Shown here: in pieces, positions 1 through 9,027 of the stretch
Position numbering within the stretch: position 1 is the first letter of the stretch
Layout: the number at the start of each line of letters is the position of its first letter
Assembly: GCA_023269435.1 (NCBI GenBank)
Contig: JAHFTJ010000001.1
Coordinates: forward strand, 1 to 43,328
Reading direction: 5' to 3'
Origin: Chlamydiota bacterium
GTDB lineage: Bacteria > Chlamydiota > Chlamydiia > Chlamydiales > 2-12-FULL-49-11
Length of the DNA: 43,328 nt
Translations under genes and position numbers: made by a program
Notes under the pieces: generated by a model
Database searches by the model: none
What the model was told of the DNA's origin: nothing
Seen by the model: only the letters and a program-made list of their open reading frames with translations

Positions 1-120
1 TGGGCAAATTTTAAGAGAATGGTGAAGAATTGCATTGAAGACTTTTCTAAGCTTTCAGAAGCCATTGACTACGTATTTATCAAAGTATGCGAGGAGAAAA
101 ATAAAATTTAATCAACTATA
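1..120 (+). mobile_element. IS630-family element, right end (transposase C-terminus 1..111 plus terminal sequence ending ...CAACTATA)
   Basis: Frame 1 reads WANFKRMVKNCIEDFSKLSEAIDYVFIKVCEEKNKI*, resembling the tail that follows the YSPDLNPIE motif in IS630 transposases; it ends in CTA-TA, consistent with TA targeting. Truncated by the window edge. Confidence 0.65.
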
Positions 121-266
121 CAAGTAGCGAGTCTTATCTACATAAGTATAACCGCCTTTGATTAGGTTTGGGAAATGCTGGATGCCTGCTGGCGGATTGG
201 GTAATGCCATGGTGCCGAAGTTTAGCATGTTTCGTGTATGATTAGATACCGCGATTATTCAACCAA

Positions 267-301
267 TTGGAGGTGGAAAGACGTATTTAGAACTTTTCGA
301 T
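267..301 (+). repeat. att-like direct repeat, copy 1 (tmRNA 3'-end core plus conserved arm)
   Basis: TTGGAGGTGGAAAGACGTATTTAGAACTTTTCGAT; 31/35 identical to 1245..1279; first 15 nt match tmRNA end 2012..2026 at 14/15. Confidence 0.85.
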
Positions 302-329
302 TGAAAAGTTTGGTAGCTTTTTCTATGAT
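301..329 (+). promoter_or_regulatory. sigma66/70-type promoter for the radical SAM gene
   Basis: TTGAAA-N17-TATGAT, ending 5 nt before ATG 335. Confidence 0.5.
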
Positions 330-334
330 AAAAA

Positions 335-1211
335 ATGCTTATGTTCGTTCTACTTTTCCAAGAAATTCATATTGAAAATACCAATTCCTGCGGTTACAAA
401 TGCGTCATGTGTCCGCGTGAGAGTCAAACGCGTCGGATTGGCTTTATGTCTTTAGGAGATTTTTCCCTTATATTGGAGAGAATTGGTCAGTTTAGCGGAA
501 TTTTTCATTTGCATGGGTTTGGAGAACCTCTTCTCGATCGACAGCTTGTTCCAAAAGTCCAAGAACTGAAGAAGAAAAGCTCTTCTTCGTTAGGATTTAT
601 TATTTCTACTTTAAGCGTTCGGGTTGCAGAGGATTACTTTGCAAAGCTGCTTGAAGCAGGTCTTGGTGGGATAATGATCAGTTTTATATGGGTTTACTGT
701 AGATGACTACAAAACAATCCATGGGTACAATGGATTTGAGCTAGTAAAACGAAATCTACAGCTTTTGAGCGAAGCGATGAAGCGTTTTCCCAAATTCACC
801 GCAACTATTAAAATCCCATCTTCCTCTCTTTCCTCTACTTTACCTGTCGCGGAACCTCCAGAAAAAATTGAGTTTTGCCGATGAGTACAGAAACTTGGAT
901 TTAACATTGGAGAATGATCCTATGTCCATAATTATAGCGATGGAAGGAATTATAACCTTCCCAACACAGAACGAATGTGTTCTGTTATCTCTGGGAAGAG
1001 GGAGAACATCTTAAACATTACTTGGGATTTGAATGTGATTCCCTGCTGTTATGATTTTAATGCGACAATTCCCTTTGGTAATCTTCGTAAGCAGAGCCTC
1101 GAAGAGATTTTCTCTAGCTCGGAATATCTGACTTTCGTATTTGCTCATCGAACTGACAACTTGGCTGCTTATCCAGTTTGCCAAAATTGCGAGAAAAGTG
1201 ATTACAAATAA
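335..1211 (+). pseudogene. Radical SAM/SPASM(Twitch)-domain protein, disrupted
   Basis: CxxxCxxC motif (CGYKCVMC), HGFGEPLL, C-terminal IPCC..FGNL...CQNC. Frameshift near 682-686 and in-frame TGA codons at 882 and 915 join ORFs 335..706 and 975..1211. Confidence 0.9.
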
Positions 1212-1244
1212 AAAAAGTCTCGGTTACCCGAAGCCTTTGGTATT

Positions 1245-1279
1245 TTGGAGGTGGAGAGACGCATTCAGAACTTTTCAAT
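1245..1279 (+). repeat. att-like direct repeat, copy 2
   Basis: TTGGAGGTGGAGAGACGCATTCAGAACTTTTCAAT; first 15 nt identical to tmRNA 3' end (2012..2026). Confidence 0.9.
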
Positions 1280-1343
1280 GGGAGAAAATTCGCCTTTTTC
1301 TTCTCCAAATGCCTGCTTATGGCAGATGAGAGATATTAGAGGC

Positions 1344-1372
1344 TTGACAATTTCCATCTTTTTGGTTACATT
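1344..1372 (+). promoter_or_regulatory. sigma66/70-type promoter
   Basis: TTGACA-N17-TACATT. Confidence 0.5.
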
Positions 1373-1446
1373 ACCTGTTGATAAAGTTACAAAACCAAAT
1401 TGACCCATCGGCTGCTAGTCCTACGGACATGGCAGATTAACAAAAG

Positions 1447-1770
1447 GTGGTATGCTTTGCTGCAATTATCATACAGACGTTAGAACAATTTGATTACACA
1501 TCACAACCTTCTGTAGATCCAAATCAAATTAAGGAGATCGGGATGTGTCGCTGGATTTCACATGGTGACACTCCGCTGCTTTTGGATCCGCCTGGGGTAG
1601 GAAAAACACATCTAGCTGTTGCTTTAGGGCGCGAGGCTATTATACAAAATCAGTCAGTACTATTTATTTCGGCTGTCGCCTTGTTAACTCAACTTGTAAA
1701 AGCACATCAAGTAGGAAAGCTCGAAGAAAAAATCTCTTATTATAACAAGCAATCGCTAACTTCCGTTTGA
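1447..1770 (+). pseudogene. istB: IS21-family IstB-like ATPase fragment
   Basis: TLEQFDYTSQPSVD and Walker A-like DPPGVGKTHLAVALG (first G replaced by D); truncated before Walker B; no istA. Confidence 0.85.
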
Positions 1771-1967
1771 CCAACAGCTTATTGGCTGACTTCTATGCAG
1801 CCTATTGTCTGATTATCACTGCTGTAGACTTCACAAAAATATAGCAGGAAAGAGCTGAAAACTAAAGAGTTTTTACTGCAGTTTCATCCAGTCTAGTGCG
1901 TAAATACTGCGTAATTGGAGTTTACGCAACTGAATTTTTGTGTGTGAATTTCGTGTTGTATGTCACT

Positions 1968-2003
1968 AAAAACAAAAGGCTTCAGTCGTAAAACTGAAGC
2001 CTT
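1968..2003 (-). terminator. Intrinsic terminator of tmRNA
   Basis: 11-bp stem AAGGCTTCAGT/ACTGAAGCCTT (1976..2003) followed by T-rich run on the minus strand. Confidence 0.75.
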
Positions 2004-2012
2004 AATTTTGAT

Positions 2013-2423
2013 TGGAGGTGGAGAGAATTGAACTCTCGTCCTCGGTCGGTCCGAAATAATGACTACATGCTTATTACCTTGTAATAGATCAACCTTGCTG
2101 CAAGGCACCCCACTTGGGGTTGATCACCATTAATAATCTCGAGAAAGCCCTATAAAAGGTGTATTCAAGTTTCTCATACCAGGAAAAATGACGACGGAAT
2201 TAGACTCCCTGGTCCAACTCTAATACCATCGGCAGTTTAAATAACGTTAATTAATTAAGCTGCAATTGCAAACTCAGCAGTTGGCTCTTCGAAAAGAGAT
2301 ACTACTTTGCTTCTTTTTTGTCTGTTGACAATTTTTGTTTTACCGGATTTTTTAGGAGGCCAACCGATATCCTCCGCATGCCATATATTGCAGGTGCGAT
2401 CGTGTCGAAACCTATTCACCCCC
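2013..2423 (-). ncRNA. ssrA: tmRNA; predicted tag (A)VNRQKRSKVVSLFEEPTAEFAIAA at 2329..2255
   Basis: 5' GGGGGTGAATAGGTTTCGAC; 3' GACGAGAGTTCAATTCTCTCCACCTCCA; acceptor stem GGGGGTG/CACCTCC with G3-U; internal frame ending AIAA*. Confidence 0.97.
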
Positions 2424-2524
2424 ATATATGAATATATCATAAGAACAATTTTTATAGTATTAAAAATTACATTTTTTATGTTAAACTGCACATTAACTAT
2501 AACTATTGTAGAGAGCTTTTGATT

Positions 2525-5500
2525 ATGTTTGAAAAAGATAAAGAGAGTTTTCCAGGAAAAGAGGAAAAAATACTTGATTTTTGGGAAAAAAATGAAATTT
2601 TTAAAAAATCTATCGAAAATAGAAAAAATAATAAAATTTTTTCATTTTATGACGGACCTCCATTTGCCACCGGATTACCTCACTATGGACACCTATTAAC
2701 ATCTACAATAAAGGATGTTGTTGCACGTTATAAAACAATGAAAGGGTATTATGTTCCAAGGAGATTCGGATGGGACTGTCATGGCCTTCCAGTGGAAAAC
2801 GAAATCGAAAAATCTCACAATTTGTCTACCGCAACAGCTATAGAAGAATATGGAATAGGTAAATTTAATGAAGATTGTCGTGCGATAGTGCAAAGATATA
2901 CGCAAGAGTGGAAGAAAACTATCTTAAGAATTGGAAGGTGGGTTGAATTTGACAAAACATACTTAACTATGGATTTATTTTTTATGGAATCTGTTTGGTG
3001 GGTGTTTGGTAAATTATGGTCTTTAGGTCTTATATATGAAGGATTTAAGGTAATGCACTACTCTCCTAGGCTAGGTACTCCAATTTCTAATTTTGAGGCA
3101 AACCTTAATTATAAAACGGTAGATGACCCATCTCTAATTGTAAAATTTAAATTAATTGATGACGACGCATATATGCTTGTTTGGACAACTACACCTTGGA
3201 CGTTACCGTCAAACTTAGCATTAGCTATTGGCAAATGTATAACGTACGTAAGATTAAGATCTGTTGAAAACGGAGAAATTTATATATTAGCAGAAAATCA
3301 GTTAAATAAATATTTTAAAGAAGGGGAGTACGAATTAATATCTGTTTTTCTTGGCGATCAAATGATAGGGCGTAGTTACGAGCCTATTTTTCAATATTTC
3401 ACAAATCATAAAGGTGCATTTCATATATTAGATGGTGATTTTGTAAATACAGACGATGGAACTGGTATTGTTCATATCGCCCCAGCTTTTGGTGAAGACG
3501 ATTTTTTTCTGTGTAAAAAGGCTAACATTGATATTGTATGCCCTATAGATAAACATTGTAATTTTACAGATGAAGTTAGTGAATTTAAAGGGTTGTTTGT
3601 AAAAGATGCTGATAAAGCGATCATACGAACTTTAAAGAATGATGGCAAGGTATTTAAATCTTCAACATTGTCACACAGATATCCATTTTGTTGGCGTACA
3701 GACGTTCCATTAATTTACAGGGCTGTATCAACGTGGTTTGTCTCTGTGGAAAAAATTAAAGATAAGATAATAACTAACAATGAACTAATTAATTGGGTTC
3801 CAAATCATATAAAAAATGGTAGATTTGGTAAATGGTTAGAAAATGCAAGAGATTGGGCGATAAGTAGAAATAGATACTGGGGGACACCTTTACCAGTCTG
3901 GCGTTCAGAATGTGGTGACATATTGATTATTTCTAGCATTACTCAATTGGAAAAAATGACAGGTGAAAAGATACAAGATTTACATAGACATTTTATAGAT
4001 CACCTTCAGATAGAGTCTAACGGTAAAATATACAAAAGAGTTGATGAAGTTTTCGACTGTTGGTTTGAGTCTGGATCTATGCCGTACGGACAAAATCATT
4101 ATCCATTTGAAAACAAAGAAGATACATTAAAAAATTTTCCTGCCGATTTTATTGCAGAGGGGCTTGATCAGACTAGAGGTTGGTTTTACACATTAAATGT
4201 ACTTTCAACTGCACTTTTTAATAAACCTGCTTTTAAAAACGTAATTGTAAATGGAATAGTTTTAGCCGAAGATGGGCAAAAAATGTCTAAACGACTTAAA
4301 AATTATCCTGAGCCAACAAATGTAATAGATAAATATGGTAGCGATGCAATTCGTCTATATTTTTTAAATAGCCAAGTTGTACACGGTGACGATATAAGCT
4401 TTTCTGAAAATGGAGTCGATGGAGTTTTAAAAAAAATATTAATTCCATTGTGGAATAGCTATGTTTTTCTATCAACATATGCAAAGATTTATAGTTGGAT
4501 ACCATTAAAAAAAAGTTTTGCACAGCCTAGCGCAGATATAGATAGATGGGCATTATCATTATTGCAAAGCTTGATGAAAGACGTTGAAAATGGAATGAAT
4601 TTATATCGATTAGATAGAGCAGTTGAACCATTTATAGAATTTATCGATAATATAACTAATTGGTATATAAGACGAAACAGATCTAGATTTTGGAGTGATA
4701 ATGATAATAGCGACAGAAGAGAGGCGTTTGAAACTTTATATGTAGTTTTAATCACTTTATCTAAAATAAGTGCTCCATTTATACCGTTTATAAGCGAAAC
4801 AATATATCAAGAATTAAAAATTGATAGCGACGAAATATCAGTCCATTTATGTAATTTTCCAATTGAGAATAAGGATGCAATTGATTTGCAACTGGAAAAA
4901 GAGATGAAATACACAAAGGTAGTTGTTAATATAGGGCATAGTTTACGTAAAGAACATCATATTAAGGTAAGACAACCATTAGCACATGCTTACATAGCAT
5001 GTGACGACAATGATATTTTATTGTCTCTTAGAAGTCAGCAAGATTTAATAAAAGATGAGCTCAATGTAAAAGATATAACGTTTAATTTAGATGAGTTTAA
5101 ATTTATTAAATATAAACCAAAACCAAACTATAAAGTTCTTGGAAAGAGAGTTGGTAAATTGATGGATAAAGTAAGGGTGGAGATTGAATTGTTAGACCAA
5201 TCTATTCTTTATGCAATGAAAATGGGAGAGACTATAAATATAGTTGTTGGTGAAGAGGTTATATCGCTATCAGAAGAAGATGTTTTAATAGAAAGAGAGG
5301 TAAAAGAAAATTTAATAGCTCTCTCTTCCAACAATATTACATTTGTATTAGATACAAACATAACTCCTGAACTTGAGAAAGAGGGGATAGCTCGCGAGAT
5401 AGTTAATAAAATTAACTCGATTAGAAAAAACAATTGTTACGAAATTACAGATAGGATAATAATCTCTATTGATACTACGGATAAAGTGAGAGAATCTATT

Positions 5501-5626
5501 ATATTATTTGTTGATTACATACAAGGTGAGGTTTTGGCTAAAAACATAAATTTTGAAAAATGTCAAAATGGCGAAGAAATAGATATAAATGGAAATATAT
5601 CAACAATTCAAATAATTAAAATTTAA
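2525..5626 (+). CDS. ileS: Isoleucine--tRNA ligase (type 2)
   Basis: FYDGPPFATGLPHYGH, WTTTPWTLPSN, GLDQTRGWF, KMSKR. Start moved to ATG 2525. Confidence 0.98.
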   Translation: MFEKDKESFPGKEEKILDFWEKNEIFKKSIENRKNNKIFSFYDGPPFATGLPHYGHLLTSTIKDVVARYKTMKGYYVPRRFGWDCHGLPVENEIEKSHNLSTATAIEEYGIGKFNEDCRAIVQRYTQEWKKTILRIGRWVEFDKTYLTMDLFFMESVWWVFGKLWSLGLIYEGFKVMHYSPRLGTPISNFEANLNYKTVDDPSLIVKFKLIDDDAYMLVWTTTPWTLPSNLALAIGKCITYVRLRSVENGEIYILAENQLNKYFKEGEYELISVFLGDQMIGRSYEPIFQYFTNHKGAFHILDGDFVNTDDGTGIVHIAPAFGEDDFFLCKKANIDIVCPIDKHCNFTDEVSEFKGLFVKDADKAIIRTLKNDGKVFKSSTLSHRYPFCWRTDVPLIYRAVSTWFVSVEKIKDKIITNNELINWVPNHIKNGRFGKWLENARDWAISRNRYWGTPLPVWRSECGDILIISSITQLEKMTGEKIQDLHRHFIDHLQIESNGKIYKRVDEVFDCWFESGSMPYGQNHYPFENKEDTLKNFPADFIAEGLDQTRGWFYTLNVLSTALFNKPAFKNVIVNGIVLAEDGQKMSKRLKNYPEPTNVIDKYGSDAIRLYFLNSQVVHGDDISFSENGVDGVLKKILIPLWNSYVFLSTYAKIYSWIPLKKSFAQPSADIDRWALSLLQSLMKDVENGMNLYRLDRAVEPFIEFIDNITNWYIRRNRSRFWSDNDNSDRREAFETLYVVLITLSKISAPFIPFISETIYQELKIDSDEISVHLCNFPIENKDAIDLQLEKEMKYTKVVVNIGHSLRKEHHIKVRQPLAHAYIACDDNDILLSLRSQQDLIKDELNVKDITFNLDEFKFIKYKPKPNYKVLGKRVGKLMDKVRVEIELLDQSILYAMKMGETINIVVGEEVISLSEEDVLIEREVKENLIALSSNNITFVLDTNITPELEKEGIAREIVNKINSIRKNNCYEITDRIIISIDTTDKVRESIILFVDYIQGEVLAKNINFEKCQNGEEIDINGNISTIQIIKI

Positions 5627-7458
5627 AATATCCGTTTTTTTCTGCTATTAACATAATACCATAATCCAATTATTATGATTAGCGTTCCCCAGATTAATAT
5701 GTTGGTAACTGTAAAAAATGGGTAGATCAAATTATTTGCAAATCCAAAACGGCCCCCTGGAGCCCAAAACATTAGTAATGGTACACCTCGAAGGTTATTT
5801 TCTGGTACGAACCCAAAATCCCTGCTATCTGCGCTCATTGCATGGTTATCGCCAAGGACTAAATATTGTTTTTCTGGTATCAAGATCCCGTATTTCTTTA
5901 TTTTTTCTACATTTAACGATCCATCTTTGTTTAACGGTGGACCTAAATCGATGAATGGATGGTATGTATCGTTAGAATTAACCTTTAATGTTAATTCAGA
6001 TAATATAAATTGTTGAAGTACTGGATCATCGTGAGTGATAATTGGCGCCCCCATCAAATATAGGTCTCCGCCACTAAAATATGCATATCGCGACGGTAAA
6101 ATAGTGTTATCATTATATGATGGAATAAATCTATCGTCGCATTCTATTCCACTATTATAAAGTGCAAAAAGATGATTTTTATCAAATTTTGCTAATGGAT
6201 GATCTTTTGGTAAATTTTCTGTAACACCCTGTGATTTTATTTTACACAACTTACCATTATAAAACTCATAAGTTCCATTTGGAATATCACCTTTTAACTT
6301 AGGAATGAAATGAGTGTTTTGAGCATCTTTAGCAGAGACTCCATATCGTCTAAAATAACCATTTTCAATTATAAAGCGTCCAGTATAAATATTGTCCCAT
6401 ATTTTTTGTAAGTGACTTTCATTTAGTGGAATATAAGATTTTTCTAAATGAGCAATAGGTCGCATTCTAAAATAAAAATCGCGACTAAGTTTCGCTTTAG
6501 AAATAGATGGATGATGAGTTAACTCCAAATAAAATTCGCTAACTGGCAATTGATGTATAACATCCTTATGTTCTAACGTATTTCTTTTTATAAGTCTTGC
6601 ATTTGCATAATTTTCTATCCCCCAAAGTTCATATAAATCTGTTGCATTATCAGATAACATTTCATAATGGACATCTTTTTTAGAAGATGAATATAATTTT
6701 GCAACTGGAATATTCATTTGGTATAATGTAACAGGCGAAAACACATCGTTTGTTTTAGATGATTGAGCTCTTACCTTTCCTTCAATATTAATAAATGGTA
6801 TATGTTCTATGTAATTTAATTCATCTAGCTGAAGTTGAGTGGTTATGTTATTTCCATTTTTATCTATTCCATATATTTTTCCACCATAAAAATATAGCAT
6901 ATCGCCAGGAAGACCTACCATTCTTTTAATAAATTGTTTATATCCAGGAAATAAATAAAAATATCGCGTCTTTACATTAGCGATATCCATATTTTCTCCA
7001 GTAAAGATGGTAACACCCATGCGTTTGACATTTTCATGATTAAACAAAATGTGCGACGTTGTTAAAGGAATATTTATACCGAATTGGGTCTTTGAGACGA
7101 CTAATCTGTCTTGCTCCTTAAACGTAGGTCTCATTGATCCTGATGGAATTTCAAATAACTCAAATGCAACTTGACGAATTAATACTGCAATACATAATGC
7201 GAAAATTAATGAAAAAAAATTTTCATAAATTTTTTCAAATTTACTTTTCTTAAAATGAATAGACGATAATTGCTCAAGCTCTTTTGAGATAAAATCTGAT
7301 TTTTCTCTATCTTTATCTGATATAGCTCTTTCTAATTCTAAAATTTTAGATTTAATTTTATCTAATACATCTTCGGAAAATTTTTTTTGATTTTTACGGA
7401 ATATCTTCCAATTACTGTTTAGTATAGATTTTGATTTATATAATGAGTATAATTTCAT
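5623..7458 (-). CDS. lepB: Signal peptidase I (long chlamydial form)
   Basis: IPSGSMRPT (Ser), FIKRMVGLPGD (Lys), LGDNHAMSADSRDFG. Confidence 0.96.
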   Translation of the reverse strand: MKLYSLYKSKSILNSNWKIFRKNQKKFSEDVLDKIKSKILELERAISDKDREKSDFISKELEQLSSIHFKKSKFEKIYENFFSLIFALCIAVLIRQVAFELFEIPSGSMRPTFKEQDRLVVSKTQFGINIPLTTSHILFNHENVKRMGVTIFTGENMDIANVKTRYFYLFPGYKQFIKRMVGLPGDMLYFYGGKIYGIDKNGNNITTQLQLDELNYIEHIPFINIEGKVRAQSSKTNDVFSPVTLYQMNIPVAKLYSSSKKDVHYEMLSDNATDLYELWGIENYANARLIKRNTLEHKDVIHQLPVSEFYLELTHHPSISKAKLSRDFYFRMRPIAHLEKSYIPLNESHLQKIWDNIYTGRFIIENGYFRRYGVSAKDAQNTHFIPKLKGDIPNGTYEFYNGKLCKIKSQGVTENLPKDHPLAKFDKNHLFALYNSGIECDDRFIPSYNDNTILPSRYAYFSGGDLYLMGAPIITHDDPVLQQFILSELTLKVNSNDTYHPFIDLGPPLNKDGSLNVEKIKKYGILIPEKQYLVLGDNHAMSADSRDFGFVPENNLRGVPLLMFWAPGGRFGFANNLIYPFFTVTNILIWGTLIIIIGLWYYVNSRKKRIF

Positions 7459-7520
7459 AGATATTTAATGGTAGAAGTTGTCATATTTATTTGCAATCAT
7501 ATTAACATAGTTATTAAATT

Positions 7521-8216
7521 TTATTTTGATAATTTTAGATTTCTCCCAGAATCGCAAATTTTTATTTTGAGCGATAAATTTAAATCATCGGTTATCTGTA
7601 TCCAATATGGAAATGGGAAAGATTTGTCATCTTTATTAAAATATATCTCCAAATGTTTATTCGACAATAATGAATCATTTTTTGTAAAATTAATAGTGAA
7701 AACATCAAAACATCCTCCGATAATTTTTTTTCCATCGAATATTAGTGGTGGATTCCAGTTTTTTCTTGTATCTACACCATCAGATGGAATTTGACCTATT
7801 TTTTTGCGATTTTCATCTAATACCTGGTGTAATTGAGATGATAACAATGAGATAAGAAAAGAATCTTCTTTATTTAATGAAATGTTGACATTTTTAGTAA
7901 CAGAATAACATCCTAATATTTCATCATTTTTCATATCGATTGTTATTTTATTCCAAGATGTGCAGGCTTCTGAATTATTTAAAAAAAAATTTTCCCATGC
8001 AAAAGAATTTTTTTGCTTTTTGTTTTTCGTAAGCAAAATTTCTTCTAATATTAGAATACTTCCTTTGAGGGAATCTATTCGTATGAGATTCAGTGATTTA
8101 TTTTGTTCTACAACAATAAAATCTCCTGGCTTGCCATTTTTTAAGTAATCTTTTATAGAGAGTGACGCCAATGGCTGAGTAAGCAACATAATTAATAGTA
8201 ATATTTTATTTATCAT
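7521..8216 (-). CDS. Conserved chlamydial hypothetical exported protein (CT021-like)
   Basis: Signal peptide from ATG 8216; KPGDFIV, FPFPYWIQI and C-terminal DSGRNL motifs; position next to lepB. Confidence 0.7.
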   Translation of the reverse strand: MINKILLLIMLLTQPLASLSIKDYLKNGKPGDFIVVEQNKSLNLIRIDSLKGSILILEEILLTKNKKQKNSFAWENFFLNNSEACTSWNKITIDMKNDEILGCYSVTKNVNISLNKEDSFLISLLSSQLHQVLDENRKKIGQIPSDGVDTRKNWNPPLIFDGKKIIGGCFDVFTINFTKNDSLLSNKHLEIYFNKDDKSFPFPYWIQITDDLNLSLKIKICDSGRNLKLSK

Positions 8217-8301
8217 GAACATACAGATATTAACACAAAAATAACATTTATTTCTTGATGTTTTTATTGCGTATATGCATTTCATATAGTTGGAGATTAA
8301 T

Positions 8302-8622
8302 ATGAAATTAAATAAAAAAATATCAATAACATTATTGTTTATTATTAGTGTATTAGGAATTAGTTCTTGCTCCACAGATAGCGATTCTAAGCTAAAAAAA
8401 ATTGGTGGAATTTATGAAAGTACTATTTACCAACAAGCAGAGTACCACAAAAATCAAATAAAAAAATATAGATACTCAATAGTGCTTGAAGATCAATCTA
8501 TATACAAATCACTTAGTAGTCGTGACATGAATAATGTCAGACGTTCTAATAATAGAAAAATGCAATATTTTAAAAAAATTGATTACCATCTACAAGAAAT
8601 AGAAAAGTTAAGGGAAAAATGA
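8302..8622 (+). CDS. Hypothetical lipoprotein
   Basis: GGAG RBS before ATG 8302; lipobox-like ISSC; helical charged body. Confidence 0.7.
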   Translation: MKLNKKISITLLFIISVLGISSCSTDSDSKLKKIGGIYESTIYQQAEYHKNQIKKYRYSIVLEDQSIYKSLSSRDMNNVRRSNNRKMQYFKKIDYHLQEIEKLREK

Positions 8623-8975
8623 GAAAAATAATTTATTGTATGGCCATATCGTTATCATCGTTGATTTTACCAATAAAAGGGTTTGCTGGCGTAGAGTACA
8701 TTCTTAATAAAGTATCATCGTTTAGTAATGTCAATGCAAAACAAAATAGATTAGAATACTTAAACGAACAAATTAAATTTCTTACAGAAATGAAAAACTA
8801 TTATGAAGCAAAGTCAGTTCGTAATCGTAATAGAGCAAGAGTGTTGCAATATCAAGATTATCAAACAGAAGCAAGACGTATGTTTAAAGAATCTGACGAT
8901 TACGATAAATTGGTTTCAGTAATAAATAACGAGATTAGTCAATTGGAGAAAGAGAGGGAGTCCTTGCTAAAATAA
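8619..8975 (+). CDS. Hypothetical exported coiled-coil protein
   Basis: Signal peptide; ATGA overlap with the upstream gene. Confidence 0.7.
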   Translation: MRKIIYCMAISLSSLILPIKGFAGVEYILNKVSSFSNVNAKQNRLEYLNEQIKFLTEMKNYYEAKSVRNRNRARVLQYQDYQTEARRMFKESDDYDKLVSVINNEISQLEKERESLLK

Positions 8976-8987
8976 TACAATTTTTAA

Positions 8988-9016
8988 TTGCTATTGTACA
9001 GTAATCAATATATCAT
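8988..9016 (+). promoter_or_regulatory. sigma66/70-type promoter
   Basis: TTGCTA-N17-TATCAT just upstream of 9028. Confidence 0.4.
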
Positions 9017-9027
9017 AACGAAGAAAG

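Noticed and set aside
882-917. TGA codons as selenocysteine
   Set aside because: Contexts fit Trp rather than Cys, and the gene also has a frameshift.
707-1329. ORFs 707..907, 1114..1308 and 1141..1329 as independent genes
   Set aside because: Shadow frames over the radical SAM pseudogene and att repeat.
267-2026. CRISPR array interpretation of the 35-bp repeats
   Set aside because: Spacing is 767-978 bp, the repeats derive from tmRNA, and no cas genes are present.
1893-2522. ORFs 1893..2108, 2255..2491 and 2307..2522 as proteins
   Set aside because: They overlap the tmRNA; only the tag portion of 2255..2491 is meaningful.
5623-7458. Unusually long LepB (611 aa)
   Set aside because: Normal for Chlamydiae.
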